From Candidatus Thorarchaeota archaeon (GTDB lineage: Archaea > Asgardarchaeota > Thorarchaeia > Thorarchaeales > Thorarchaeaceae): 28,029 bases of DNA. The notes beneath the pieces are model-generated. The model saw nothing but the letters and a program-made list of their open reading frames with translations, made no database searches and was not told the origin of the DNA. The stretch is from assembly GCA_048882485.1 (NCBI GenBank), contig JBHLRP010000043.1:1-28029 (forward strand). The letters run 5' to 3'. The position numbers and the translations under genes are program-made. Each line of letters opens with the position of its first letter. Position 1 is the first letter of the stretch. Shown here piece by piece: positions 17,933 to 26,957 of the stretch.

Positions 17933-18433
17933 TCAATTGTCCAATAGCTCTATGAATTTGGCATGGGTTTTTAGTGATTCAAGGTCTGAGTCCTCTCGTG
18001 CCCAGTTCTTGATGCTTGCATCCTTCTCAAAGCACTGCTCAAGATAGTCAAGAGTTCTCTCATTATCACCTAAAAGGCATGTGTCGCAGGCTAGATTGTA
18101 AAGGACCATACCTTGGTGCAATGGTTTCTCGGCAAGCGTCATTGCTTTCTTTGTGGAAGCTATTGCAACATCAAGGTCACCGACTTCCTTTGAAGAATAA
18201 CCAAGACTGAGCCACGAGAAGAAAGAAGATTTATTCAAGGTCGTCGCTTCGCGAAACGCTTTCACGGCGCTCCTATATTCTGTCTTGGCAATCAAAATAT
18301 GACCAAGCTGGTCCCATATTGACCAATCGCTGGCGCCATTATCAATAGCATCCCTTAGTAGCTTCTCCGCATCGTGATGCTTGCCATCTTTTCTAAGATT
18401 CTTCGCATTCTCCACAAGCTTCGCAATTTCCAC
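17933..18433 (-). CDS. Tetratricopeptide repeat protein
   Basis: TPR patterns (WDQLGHIL, WLSLGYS, YNLAC) and a capping motif AREDSDLESL. Confidence 0.88.
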   Translation of the reverse strand: MEIAKLVENAKNLRKDGKHHDAEKLLRDAIDNGASDWSIWDQLGHILIAKTEYRSAVKAFREATTLNKSSFFSWLSLGYSSKEVGDLDVAIASTKKAMTLAEKPLHQGMVLYNLACDTCLLGDNERTLDYLEQCFEKDASIKNWAREDSDLESLKTHAKFIELLDN

Positions 18434-18521
18434 GGATTAGAATCCTACCTGAAGGGCAAATTGAGATTCCGATATTTGATTTTGCTTTTACATAATTGCA
18501 TACTGGCATCAGAAGCGAATG

Positions 18522-19184
18522 CTATGTTACTTTCAAGATAATTCCTTTAGTTTCCAACATGGTTAGAAAATCATTGGCAGCGTATTCAGTAACGTCAAGT
18601 TCCCTCATGAGTAGCTGTTTGAGCGTAGTAGGACTGAAAGAGTCTGATTCAACAAATCTACGGACAAGAAGAATGAGACGAAACTCCCGAGCGTTCGATG
18701 AAAGACTCAAGGGGCTCTCGTGAAGTTTGTATTTGGTTTCCTTTGGGCTGATGTATTCTTTCAACTGAATATCTGCCCACTCATGGTCGAAGAATGAGCG
18801 GTCGCCGTCCCATGTTGTCAATAGAAAGCCATATTCATTCTCGTAGGCGGTAATGAATTTCTTGAGCTTGACCATAAATTGGTCTTCAATATCTCCCCTT
18901 GCAACAGCAATACCTGCTAAATAATCCCCATAGCAGATGTGAGCCACATGTTCATCCACCGTGTAAGTTTCGTGATTTGTGTTGAGACCCTGATCACCAT
19001 GAAGCTCTTCAACAAAGGAATATGCTGTGAGAAGTGCACTGAAGAGGTCAGGATCAATCTCGCCAGCGACAAATGATTTGTAGTAAATCGAGAGCCCGCT
19101 CTCTATCAACGAAACAATGATGTGCTGAACATCGTGGGCTGTATCTGTTTCCATGTGCATGTCGTCAATGGTGTGGTGTGTCAA
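18522..19184 (-). CDS. Hypothetical protein with longin-like N-terminal domain and C-terminal winged-helix-like domain
   Basis: IIVSLIESGLSIYYKSF...IDPDLFSALLTA...LKKFITAYENEY...WDGD pattern; C-term FLTMLETKGII. Confidence 0.65.
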   Translation of the reverse strand: MTHHTIDDMHMETDTAHDVQHIIVSLIESGLSIYYKSFVAGEIDPDLFSALLTAYSFVEELHGDQGLNTNHETYTVDEHVAHICYGDYLAGIAVARGDIEDQFMVKLKKFITAYENEYGFLLTTWDGDRSFFDHEWADIQLKEYISPKETKYKLHESPLSLSSNAREFRLILLVRRFVESDSFSPTTLKQLLMRELDVTEYAANDFLTMLETKGIILKVT

Positions 19185-19366
19185 GTTTCAAACGACCCCG
19201 TTTGGACCCCTAATGTGTGTCCCTATCAGCTGCGCAACTGAACGGTACCACAACGAGATTTGGCTTACGGGTATAATTGTGTTGCCATAGAACTTACCAA
19301 GGCGCGGTTTCTTTACACCCTATCCTTCGTTATGCGAATCAACTAATCTGAGTCCTTAAGAAATAT

Positions 19367-19404
19367 GAGAGGGAGCTTGTGCTTTCCGCACAATGCTCCA
19401 TCTC
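19367..19404 (-). terminator. Strong 3' stem-loop downstream of MBL hydrolase
   Basis: Minus strand GAGA-T-GGAGC-A-TTGTGC-GGAAA-GCACAA-GCTCC-C-TCTC, starting 12 nt after the stop. Confidence 0.55.
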
Positions 19405-19416
19405 GCGATTATTGTT

Positions 19417-20283
19417 TCAGATTTGAAATGTGTGAGACTCGAAATATGCCAGACTCATGATGTTGCAGTCTGTTGTTCTGTCTGCTACCATATCGTCATA
19501 TTCCGCAATCCACGTCTGGTCAGCCCCAACTACATAGTGGATTGGAACAAAGCATCCAGGATTGATTGTTTCCAGCGCCAATACGATCTCAAAATCTGCC
19601 ATTGTTTGACAGCCGGGTCCGAGAGGCAAGAGCGCAACATCAATCTGACCAGCTAGCTGCTCATATTCATCTATGTTCTTCGAGTCCCCAGCATGAAAGA
19701 TGGTAAATCCATCTAGTTCTATGATATAGCTAGTCCAGTTAGCCTCTCTAGGATGAGAAGCTGGATTGATGTCCACCGGAAACGTGTACATATAGAAGGC
19801 CGTAATATTGGCGGTTCCAACTTGGACATTATCCCCTGGAACTACTCCTATTCCGTCATGAAGGCTGACTTCAGTCGACATATTCGCAGGAAAGACATTT
19901 ACTGTCCCTTCTTTTTGAAGCATGTCTATTGTCTGGCTCTGATAGTGGTCTCCATGAGGATGAGTCACTAGAATAGCATCTGCATCGAGGTCAGCGTAAC
20001 TCGAGTCGAGTTCTATGGGGTCAATGTATATCCTTAGATCATCCGTTTCAATCATGACTCCCGCATTTTCCAGCAGTGTTAGCGTAATCGAATCCTCAGC
20101 ATCTGGTGGTGGAGGTGGTGTCAAGAGCGGAAGTGCCACTATAGCAGAACCAACCGCGACTAGAATAAGAATAGCCCCTAGTGCTATCATAGTCCGGGGT
20201 GTGCTACTAAGTCCCATATTCCAAAAGACACTTTGTAAGCCAGTATTTAAGGTAAGGTTCAACGCAGGCGATGTGTGACGCAA
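19417..20283 (-). CDS. MBL-fold metallo-hydrolase, N-terminally membrane-anchored
   Basis: Motifs IYIDP, THPHGDH, FHAGD and VPIHY; N-terminal TM plus poly-Pro linker. The true start is probably near MGLSSTPR. Confidence 0.9.
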   Translation of the reverse strand: MRHTSPALNLTLNTGLQSVFWNMGLSSTPRTMIALGAILILVAVGSAIVALPLLTPPPPPDAEDSITLTLLENAGVMIETDDLRIYIDPIELDSSYADLDADAILVTHPHGDHYQSQTIDMLQKEGTVNVFPANMSTEVSLHDGIGVVPGDNVQVGTANITAFYMYTFPVDINPASHPREANWTSYIIELDGFTIFHAGDSKNIDEYEQLAGQIDVALLPLGPGCQTMADFEIVLALETINPGCFVPIHYVVGADQTWIAEYDDMVADRTTDCNIMSLAYFESHTFQI

Positions 20284-20306
20284 AACATACCAAAAATCAG
20301 AACTTG

Positions 20307-20636
20307 CTATCTAGTCAAGCTACTCTGGCTCTCGTAGTAACACGACTTTACAAGCATTGCAATAAGTGCGTCCCTAACTGACGATTCATCGGGAAGCCCT
20401 GTGATTGCTGTATCACAGATTCTCATGAGGGGGATTGTAGGCACCGGAGGCTCTAAGGAATCTTCATCTATTTTCTCTATGTCAATCCGGCAAATCGCGC
20501 TGTCTTCTATTTCAAGAGGCTCCCGTACATCCTGCAGGACTTCATCAGCGGCTGGACAGAACGTACAATTCTCTCCAGTATAGAAAAGGATACATCCACA
20601 TCTGCCACACACAGTTGATGAATTAGTCATCGTCAT
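20307..20636 (-). CDS. Small hypothetical protein with N-terminal Cys4 zinc finger
   Basis: CGRCGC...CTFC followed by an acidic region; co-oriented with neighbours. Start uncertain (20693, 20636 or 20630). Confidence 0.55.
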   Translation of the reverse strand: MTMTNSSTVCGRCGCILFYTGENCTFCPAADEVLQDVREPLEIEDSAICRIDIEKIDEDSLEPPVPTIPLMRICDTAITGLPDESSVRDALIAMLVKSCYYESQSSLTR

Positions 20637-20709
20637 TGCAGGAACTCGGACTATGATTATCCTAGTACTATATTCATGTGTGTAACACATCAATGGTATA
20701 GGTAGGGTG

Positions 20710-21039
20710 CTATTTCAGGCCGAGGAGTTCGACTTCAAAGACAAGGGTCGAATTTGCAGGAATCAATCCGTCACCCACATCCCGTGAGCCATAAGCTAGC
20801 TCAGGAGGTATGGTCAATTTCCTCTTGCCGCCGATTTTCATGGTGAGGACTCCTTGGTCCCAGCCTTGAATTACTTCACCAACACCAATCTTGAACTCAA
20901 ATGGTGTACCTCTATCCACTGAACTGTCGAACTTCTTGCCATCAGTCAACCATCCAGTATAATGGACCACAACGGTCTGCCCCTTTATGGGGGACGCTCC
21001 TGTTCCAACAACCAAGTCTTCAATCTGTAGTTCTGCCAT
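20710..21039 (-). CDS. FKBP-type peptidyl-prolyl cis-trans isomerase (single-domain, FKBP12-like)
   Basis: Motifs VVVHYTGWL, FDSS, VIQGWDQG, IPPELAYG and IPANSTLVFEVEL. Confidence 0.96.
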   Translation of the reverse strand: MAELQIEDLVVGTGASPIKGQTVVVHYTGWLTDGKKFDSSVDRGTPFEFKIGVGEVIQGWDQGVLTMKIGGKRKLTIPPELAYGSRDVGDGLIPANSTLVFEVELLGLK

Positions 21040-21073
21040 ACTTTGCGTTTGATTTACTTGCTAATAATCCATC

Positions 21074-21547
21074 TCATTGCCAATCCATGGTTCGTAGATG
21101 AAGCAAATGCCCGGGATTTGTGAAGCCCTCAGATCTAAAGAGCTGAAACCCATGAGTGGAGGCATGAAGGATGATTAAACCAATCCCTTCCTCTTTGCAT
21201 ACTTGGATGACATGCCTAAGTAGAGCCCTTCCTATGCCCTTGCCTTGGTGGTTTGGTTCCACGAACATGTTCGAGAGATAGGTGTAGACTCCACTCTTTT
21301 GGTGGGCCATCGGTGGCAGACCGAAGGTGCTCAGACCACAGCCGCCAATGACCTCATCGTCTTCCTCGACAAAGAAGTAGCGATAGCTAACTGTCCAATC
21401 ACCCTGAAGATACTCCTTGGCTAATTCTGTAGTTTCTTGGATGAATTCCTCATTCTCCCCCATCGCCTTGAACATTCCAATGCGATGTCGCAATACCAAT
21501 TTCGCATCAGCTTCAGTTGCTTCTCGAATTTTCATTTCAATTCCCAT
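21074..21547 (-). CDS. GNAT family N-acetyltransferase
   Basis: IREATEAD and NMFVEPNHQGKGIGRALL (acetyl-CoA binding motif A). Confidence 0.92.
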   Translation of the reverse strand: MGIEMKIREATEADAKLVLRHRIGMFKAMGENEEFIQETTELAKEYLQGDWTVSYRYFFVEEDDEVIGGCGLSTFGLPPMAHQKSGVYTYLSNMFVEPNHQGKGIGRALLRHVIQVCKEEGIGLIILHASTHGFQLFRSEGFTNPGHLLHLRTMDWQ

Positions 21548-21641
21548 TGCATCATTGCAGGATATCTAGCTAGTGAAGAGAGCAGAATTGCACTAAGCTT
21601 ATCAGCGGCAAAGCATCTGCGAGGATTAGCTGGTCGATTCC

Positions 21642-21977
21642 ATGGATACTGCAGATTGGTTTGAAAGGGGCAGAGCGGCAATGCAATCGGGAAATCTTGA
21701 AGAAGCGATAAATGCGTTCAATCAAGCCGCTAGTCTGACTCCATCATCCTTTGCCGCATGGTGGGAACTTGGACGAGCTTGCAATCTATACGGTACTGAA
21801 ATCGAAGGTACAGGTGACCACTCTAGAGCAAATATGTACAAGATCAAGGCTGCATTCTCTTTTGATAGAGCGGCTAGAGCAGACCCGAATGATCCTAATG
21901 CCGAAAAAGCAAAAGCGTACGCTCAGACCATCCGTGAAGCACAGAAGAGGAAGAAAGAGATGGGTCTGTTCGAGTAG
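21642..21977 (+). CDS. Small tetratricopeptide repeat protein
   Basis: WFERG...GNLEEAINAFNQA...P...AWWELG. Confidence 0.85.
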   Translation: MDTADWFERGRAAMQSGNLEEAINAFNQAASLTPSSFAAWWELGRACNLYGTEIEGTGDHSRANMYKIKAAFSFDRAARADPNDPNAEKAKAYAQTIREAQKRKKEMGLFE

Positions 21978-22009
21978 CAGGATCCTTATTTAAGAGGAAA
22001 TAGACACAT

Positions 22010-22690
22010 TTACTCCAAGGTATATTCTTCGCCCTTATAGAGAATGACGACCTTTGTTGATGATGCGCCCTCAACTTTCTCCCTGAAGATGCTAGGGTCT
22101 GCATCCTTGGTATGCATTGGAATGGCCACCTTCGGATTCATCTTTATCGCGGCCTCTGATGCTTCTGCAACATCCATTGTGTAGGTATCACCACACGGTA
22201 GCAACGCAACATCAAAGTCCCACCAATCATCCATTTCCGGAATTAGGTCGGTATCTCCTGCGTGATAGATCTTCTTTCCATCTATCTTCACTACGTAACC
22301 CACACCAAGGTCTTTAGGATGAAATGGCTCCCCGGGTTTACGAAACCGTTTCACATTGTATGCTGGCACAGCACTGATTGTTATATCGGCAGACATCATC
22401 TTCATGAACTGGCCAGGTCCCAAATCCCAAACAATTCCTCCACTGAGCTCTTTCTTGAGGCTCGATGGAGCAATGATGGGGGAACCCATCTTGCGAATCT
22501 TCTTGATCAGTTTCTTATCGAAATGATCCTGATGTCCATGAGTGACAAGAATCAGGTCAGCGGGACCAAAGTCTTCATTCTTCAAACCTGTATGCTTTGT
22601 CGACGGGTCAATGTAGATGTGTTGGTCGTCAGCCATAATCAAAAAACTGGCATGTGCGAGATATCGAATTGCTATTGTCAATGAATTCAC
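22010..22690 (-). CDS. MBL-fold metallo-hydrolase (cytoplasmic)
   Basis: Motifs HASF, IYIDP, THGHQDH, YHAGDTD and IPMH. The start is probably GTG 22690 (track start 22729). Confidence 0.92.
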   Translation of the reverse strand: MNSLTIAIRYLAHASFLIMADDQHIYIDPSTKHTGLKNEDFGPADLILVTHGHQDHFDKKLIKKIRKMGSPIIAPSSLKKELSGGIVWDLGPGQFMKMMSADITISAVPAYNVKRFRKPGEPFHPKDLGVGYVVKIDGKKIYHAGDTDLIPEMDDWWDFDVALLPCGDTYTMDVAEASEAAIKMNPKVAIPMHTKDADPSIFREKVEGASSTKVVILYKGEEYTLE

Positions 22691-22783
22691 CGTAGCGTGC
22701 AACACTATTCCTAGGTATATTTCTTTCATAAGCGATGTTCACAAGTAATAGTACAAAAGACAATACTGGGAACTCTGGCTATC

Positions 22784-23572
22784 ATGGACATACCTTTCGA
22801 ATCATGGTATCAAGCCATCTCTACGAGACGTTCAATTAGGACATATAATGGACAATGTCTCGATACTGAGGTTTTGGAACATCTGGAGAGTCTATGTGAG
22901 GAATTCAGACCCTTTAGAGGCGTTCGCGCAAGTATAGTTAGAGACCCTCCAGAGGGAGTCTTCAAGGGGATAATAGGTTCATATGGTGAAATAAAGAACG
23001 CACCACATCTTGCGGCGTTCATCGGTGACATTTCAGTATCAGAAGTACAAGAAGCGACCGGCTACTTGGGAGAAGGGATAATCTTAGAAGCGACACGCAT
23101 GGGTCTGCAGACTTGTTGGATTGGGGGATTCTTCAGGCCTGAAAGACTTGAGCGAGCTTTGGACCTCGAAAAGAATGAGAAGATCTTGGCTATCACGCCA
23201 ATTGGGCATGGTGTCAGGAAGAAGAGCACACGCGACAAGTTCATGTCTCTTGCGATTAGATCTCGTCGAAGAAAGCCACTTGAAAAACTTATCACCAATT
23301 CAACAATGAATTTACCATCTTGGTCCAAGACAGCTCTTAAAGCCGCCAGATTAGCCCCTTCTGCGGCAAATAGACAGCCCTGGAGATTCACGGTTGAAGC
23401 AAATTCAATTACAGTGAGACGTGAAGAGGTGAAGGGTATAAGTAGAATTTCAAGAAGACTAGACTGTGGAATCGCCATGTTGCATCTTGAAGTGGGTGCA
23501 ATGGCACATGGAGTAAAGGGCACTTGGGAACTGCTACCGGAGCCCTTTGTTGCAAGGTTTTCTATAAACTGA
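22784..23572 (+). CDS. Nitroreductase family protein (two-domain, TM1586-like)
   Basis: Motifs RRSIRTY, GYLGEGIILEAT, GLQTCW, APSAANRQPWRF and DCGIAMLH. Confidence 0.9.
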   Translation: MDIPFESWYQAISTRRSIRTYNGQCLDTEVLEHLESLCEEFRPFRGVRASIVRDPPEGVFKGIIGSYGEIKNAPHLAAFIGDISVSEVQEATGYLGEGIILEATRMGLQTCWIGGFFRPERLERALDLEKNEKILAITPIGHGVRKKSTRDKFMSLAIRSRRRKPLEKLITNSTMNLPSWSKTALKAARLAPSAANRQPWRFTVEANSITVRREEVKGISRISRRLDCGIAMLHLEVGAMAHGVKGTWELLPEPFVARFSIN

Positions 23573-23675
23573 TGTGCAGCTTCTACTTCCTTTGCAGAAT
23601 CCAGCCTTAGTTTCTAACAAGGTATTTTACCTCGTTTCGGGTCGTTGTTGATGATTCAGCCTAGAGGCGACAAGT

Positions 23676-25100
23676 TTGAAAATCATGTTTGTAGAACCTC
23701 CTAAGGAATTCTGGTTTGTCATGGGTGAATATCTACCCCCACCCCTCGGCATCCTCAACCTTGCAGCCTACCTCCGCGAACGTGATGATGACCTTGAGAT
23801 AGAGGTTGTTGATTGTAATGCGGAGAGAATGACTTGGAGGGATCTTGGCAAACGCATAGAAACCTCTAAACCAAATCTTGTTGCGCCGAGCGCATTGGCA
23901 ACATGCAACGCATTTGTAGCTATTCGAACTATTGGAATGGCCAAGAACATTGATCCAGTAATCACAACCGTGGTTGGTGGTCAGCACTTTACTGCGCTAG
24001 CTCAGGAAACCCTTGAAACCTATCCGGAATTAGATGTAGTCGTACGTGGTGAAGGAGAACAGACCCTTCTAGAAGTGGTTCAATGCTTGAAAGGGAAAAT
24101 GTCGTTAAGTGATGTGAAAGGGATTACATACAGGAGAAGAGACATGATTATCACTAATCCCAATCGTCCATTCTTCAAAGGACTGGAGGACCTGCCCTTT
24201 CCTGCATACGATCTAGTTGAGAACTATATGAAGGACTATCACTTCACAATGATGGCTGGACGGAATACGCCCTATGCTCTTATTGAAGGATCGAGAGGAT
24301 GTCCGCATAATTGCAGCTTTTGTTCACAATGTGTATTTTGGGGGGGGAAATGGCGGTTAAAATCGCCCAAGCGCATTGCAGATGAGTTCGAATATTGCTA
24401 TGACGAATTTGGCACACGATTCTTCTGGCTCACAGATGATAACTTCGGGTTGGGGAAAAGAACCAGCGAGCTCTGTGACGAAATCATCAGTAAGGGATTC
24501 GCAGACGACATTATGTGGTTCATGCAGGCTCGTTGCGATGACATAGTCAACAACAAAGAAGTGATTCCAAAATTGAGGAAAGCTGGGTTGACTTGGATTC
24601 TCGCCGGAGTAGAGAGTCACAGTCCTGAAACTCTTGCTTCATTTAATAAGAGAATTGACCCTTCTGTTTCCAAAGAGGCCATCAAACTACTGAAGCTTAA
24701 CGACATTTTCGCTCAAGCCACAATCATAATTGGAGAACGAAACGATTCACATGACACATTGAACGGTCTACGGGCGTATGTCAATGATCTTGACCCGGAC
24801 ATTGTCATCACAATGATCCTCACACCATTCCCAGGAACGTCGCTATATGAGAAGGCGGACAAGGAAGGATGGATTGAAGATAGGAACTGGGCACACTATG
24901 ATATGATTCATGCGATTATGCCTACTGAGCATCTCTCACGGGAAGAAGTCCAAGAGGAGTTATACATGTGTTATCGGAGCTTCTATGGGTCCTTGAAGAG
25001 AAGAATCGCAGGAGTATTTTCCAGCAACAAGTTCAAGCGCCGGACATACAGATACATGGCCCGTCAGGGAGTAATGAGTGCCTTGAGGAGACTGTTCTAG
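23676..25100 (+). CDS. Cobalamin (B12)-binding radical SAM protein
   Basis: N-terminal PPLGILNLAAYL, VVGGQHFT and VVRGEGE (B12-binding domain); SRGCPHNCSFC (CxxxCxxC); DDNF, GVES and TPFPGT. Confidence 0.95.
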   Translation: MKIMFVEPPKEFWFVMGEYLPPPLGILNLAAYLRERDDDLEIEVVDCNAERMTWRDLGKRIETSKPNLVAPSALATCNAFVAIRTIGMAKNIDPVITTVVGGQHFTALAQETLETYPELDVVVRGEGEQTLLEVVQCLKGKMSLSDVKGITYRRRDMIITNPNRPFFKGLEDLPFPAYDLVENYMKDYHFTMMAGRNTPYALIEGSRGCPHNCSFCSQCVFWGGKWRLKSPKRIADEFEYCYDEFGTRFFWLTDDNFGLGKRTSELCDEIISKGFADDIMWFMQARCDDIVNNKEVIPKLRKAGLTWILAGVESHSPETLASFNKRIDPSVSKEAIKLLKLNDIFAQATIIIGERNDSHDTLNGLRAYVNDLDPDIVITMILTPFPGTSLYEKADKEGWIEDRNWAHYDMIHAIMPTEHLSREEVQEELYMCYRSFYGSLKRRIAGVFSSNKFKRRTYRYMARQGVMSALRRLF

Positions 25101-25102
25101 TA

Positions 25103-25834
25103 ATGGCTATCGGAAAATCAGCTGGATCTTGGTCCAAACAGTTCCAAGGCATATCTCTAGTTGGGCTTGCTCTGGTACCACTGATGCTGACTCGTGCAGT
25201 GATGAATTCTCCAATGAATGGTATGCGTCTTCAGATTGTAGGAATAAGCTTCATCATAATCTGTCTTCTGGGAGGAATTGCAGGTATTCGTCCTTCAACC
25301 TGCTCTACTTCGCTATTTCACCGCTCCAAGCAAGGGGAAGTTGAGAAGCACAAATCGCTGCATGCTAGGGGAATCGCTCGCAGAGGGCATCATTACACAT
25401 GTGATGACTTTTCCATGCATGTATTGAATATTGGCGAGCATGTGTTTTGCGCAGGTTGTACAGGACTATCAACAGGAGCAGCGCTTTCTATTCTTGGGAG
25501 CGTCCTCTACTTCATGATGAGTGTGCCGCTGATTGCCGCAGAGATTATCTTCTGGATAGGATTTGGAGGCGTAACGGTAGGAATCGTTCAACACAAAATA
25601 TACAGGAGCGTAGGAAATGTGGATGGTTTTTTCCGTTTCTTGCTGAATGTTTTCTTCGTAGCTGGTGCATTCATGCTCCTTATCAGTGCAGATCAGCTAG
25701 TAGGCAGCCTCTTCGTGGATTCGTACATTCTCCTTCTTGTGCTATTCTGGATTTACACAAGGATTGCGATGTCAAACAGTGAACATCATCGCATTTGTTC
25801 TCAATGTAATAGCGAGTTGTGTCAAAACTCGTGA
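25103..25834 (+). CDS. Polytopic membrane protein with DUF2085-like His/Cys motif
   Basis: About 6 TM; GHHYTC...FCAGCTG; C-terminal HHRICSQCNSELC. ATG 25103 is 2 nt after the radical SAM stop (the track start 24968 overlaps that gene). Confidence 0.8.
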   Translation: MAIGKSAGSWSKQFQGISLVGLALVPLMLTRAVMNSPMNGMRLQIVGISFIIICLLGGIAGIRPSTCSTSLFHRSKQGEVEKHKSLHARGIARRGHHYTCDDFSMHVLNIGEHVFCAGCTGLSTGAALSILGSVLYFMMSVPLIAAEIIFWIGFGGVTVGIVQHKIYRSVGNVDGFFRFLLNVFFVAGAFMLLISADQLVGSLFVDSYILLLVLFWIYTRIAMSNSEHHRICSQCNSELCQNS

Positions 25835-25910
25835 GATTGCCAGTATGATCAGAAAAGCGGCTGGAATATGGGGGCCACTGTAGTAGAACTCGCACCCGGC
25901 GAGCCTCATT

Positions 25911-25930
25911 AGGGACTCGAATGAGTCCCT
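25911..25930. terminator. Perfect 8-bp hairpin between convergent genes
   Basis: AGGGACTC-GAAT-GAGTCCCT. Confidence 0.55.
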
Positions 25931-25949
25931 CAACTCAGCGGAGTGTTGA

Positions 25950-26288
25950 TCAATACCGAACGCGCTTGGATTTGGTTGATGAGCTGTATAAGGCTCCCAA
26001 GATGATTAGAATACCAAATAGGATTACCAGGTAGGGAAAGATTGTCGTTTCCCATAGAGTCGAAAAATCCCAGCCAAAGAAGTATGCCAACCCACTAATG
26101 ATTATAATCGATCCGAATATAACACCACAAATCGCATCACCATAGGGAAGTCCAAAGCATTCTTCATCGGGCTTCTTTGGTGGCCTACTGGCTGGCGGGG
26201 GAGCATCTGCTTGCAGCTGCGCTCCACAGTTGGAGCAAAATGTAGCGTTCTCTGTATTCTCTGATCCACAACTCTGACAATACACCAC
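25950..26288 (-). CDS. Zinc-ribbon domain membrane protein
   Basis: YCQSCG...FCSNCG, Pro-rich linker, EECFG and two TM helices. Confidence 0.88.
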   Translation of the reverse strand: MVYCQSCGSENTENATFCSNCGAQLQADAPPPASRPPKKPDEECFGLPYGDAICGVIFGSIIIISGLAYFFGWDFSTLWETTIFPYLVILFGILIILGALYSSSTKSKRVRY

Positions 26289-26418
26289 GGCAATTCACTA
26301 CCTTGAACTTCTTCGTTAGTCAAACGCCCTATTAAGTCATGATGGTCATTTTGCGTGGGGTACACTCATTATCATAGAGGTAGGAATCTACGAAACTTCT
26401 GTTTATCAGAAAGAGAAA

Positions 26419-26471
26419 AGAGTTGGTCTAAAACGAATCCAAACGAAAGGATTCGAATAAGCACCAACTCT
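26419..26471 (-). terminator. Long interrupted hairpin plus pyrimidine tract downstream of the GYD gene
   Basis: AGAGTTGGT/ACCAACTCT outer arms and CGAATCC/GGATTCG inner arms, followed on - by TTTCTCTTTC. Confidence 0.55.
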
Positions 26472-26485
26472 CAATAAGGAATATA

Positions 26486-26776
26486 CTAGAGCTCAGCTGT
26501 CATCTTTGCTATATCTTCTGCTGGAAATGCGAGCATTGTTCTTGTCCGTGTTGCCTTGCCTGCTGCCAATTCGAACAGTGCTTTTATTGCCGTTTCGTTA
26601 TCAGGAGCGTCGACTATAGCAACCCAATCATATTTCCCCATGGTGTAGTAGAGTGCTTTTACTTCGCACTTGTATTTCTTTGCTAGTTCAAATGCATTCT
26701 GTTGTCGCTTTCCTTCTTCACTCAGATTCTCTATAGCTTCTGCCGTGAGATTTCCCAGAATCACAAATGTAGGCAT
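26486..26776 (-). CDS. GYD domain protein
   Basis: MPTFVILGNLT...YYTMGKYDWVAIVDAPD...TRTMLAF; GGAGG RBS. Confidence 0.92.
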   Translation of the reverse strand: MPTFVILGNLTAEAIENLSEEGKRQQNAFELAKKYKCEVKALYYTMGKYDWVAIVDAPDNETAIKALFELAAGKATRTRTMLAFPAEDIAKMTAEL

Positions 26777-26957
26777 GAATCAACCTCCCTATTTGATAGT
26801 ATATTCATTGCATGAATGCACAAATCAGTTTTTGCATAATTCGAGCGCGATTCAGGTTTCTCCTGCCTTTCCTCTTAAGGAGTCAGATTATGCTGCGAAT
26901 AATGGAAAAAAGAAGAAGAGCTGGCAGACTAGAGCCCACCAACTCAGAAACGTATGG

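Noticed and set aside
18499-25847. TGCCAGTATG present just downstream of two genes (18522 on - and 25834 on +)
   Set aside because: Only two copies of a 10-mer at different distances from the stops; compatible with chance.
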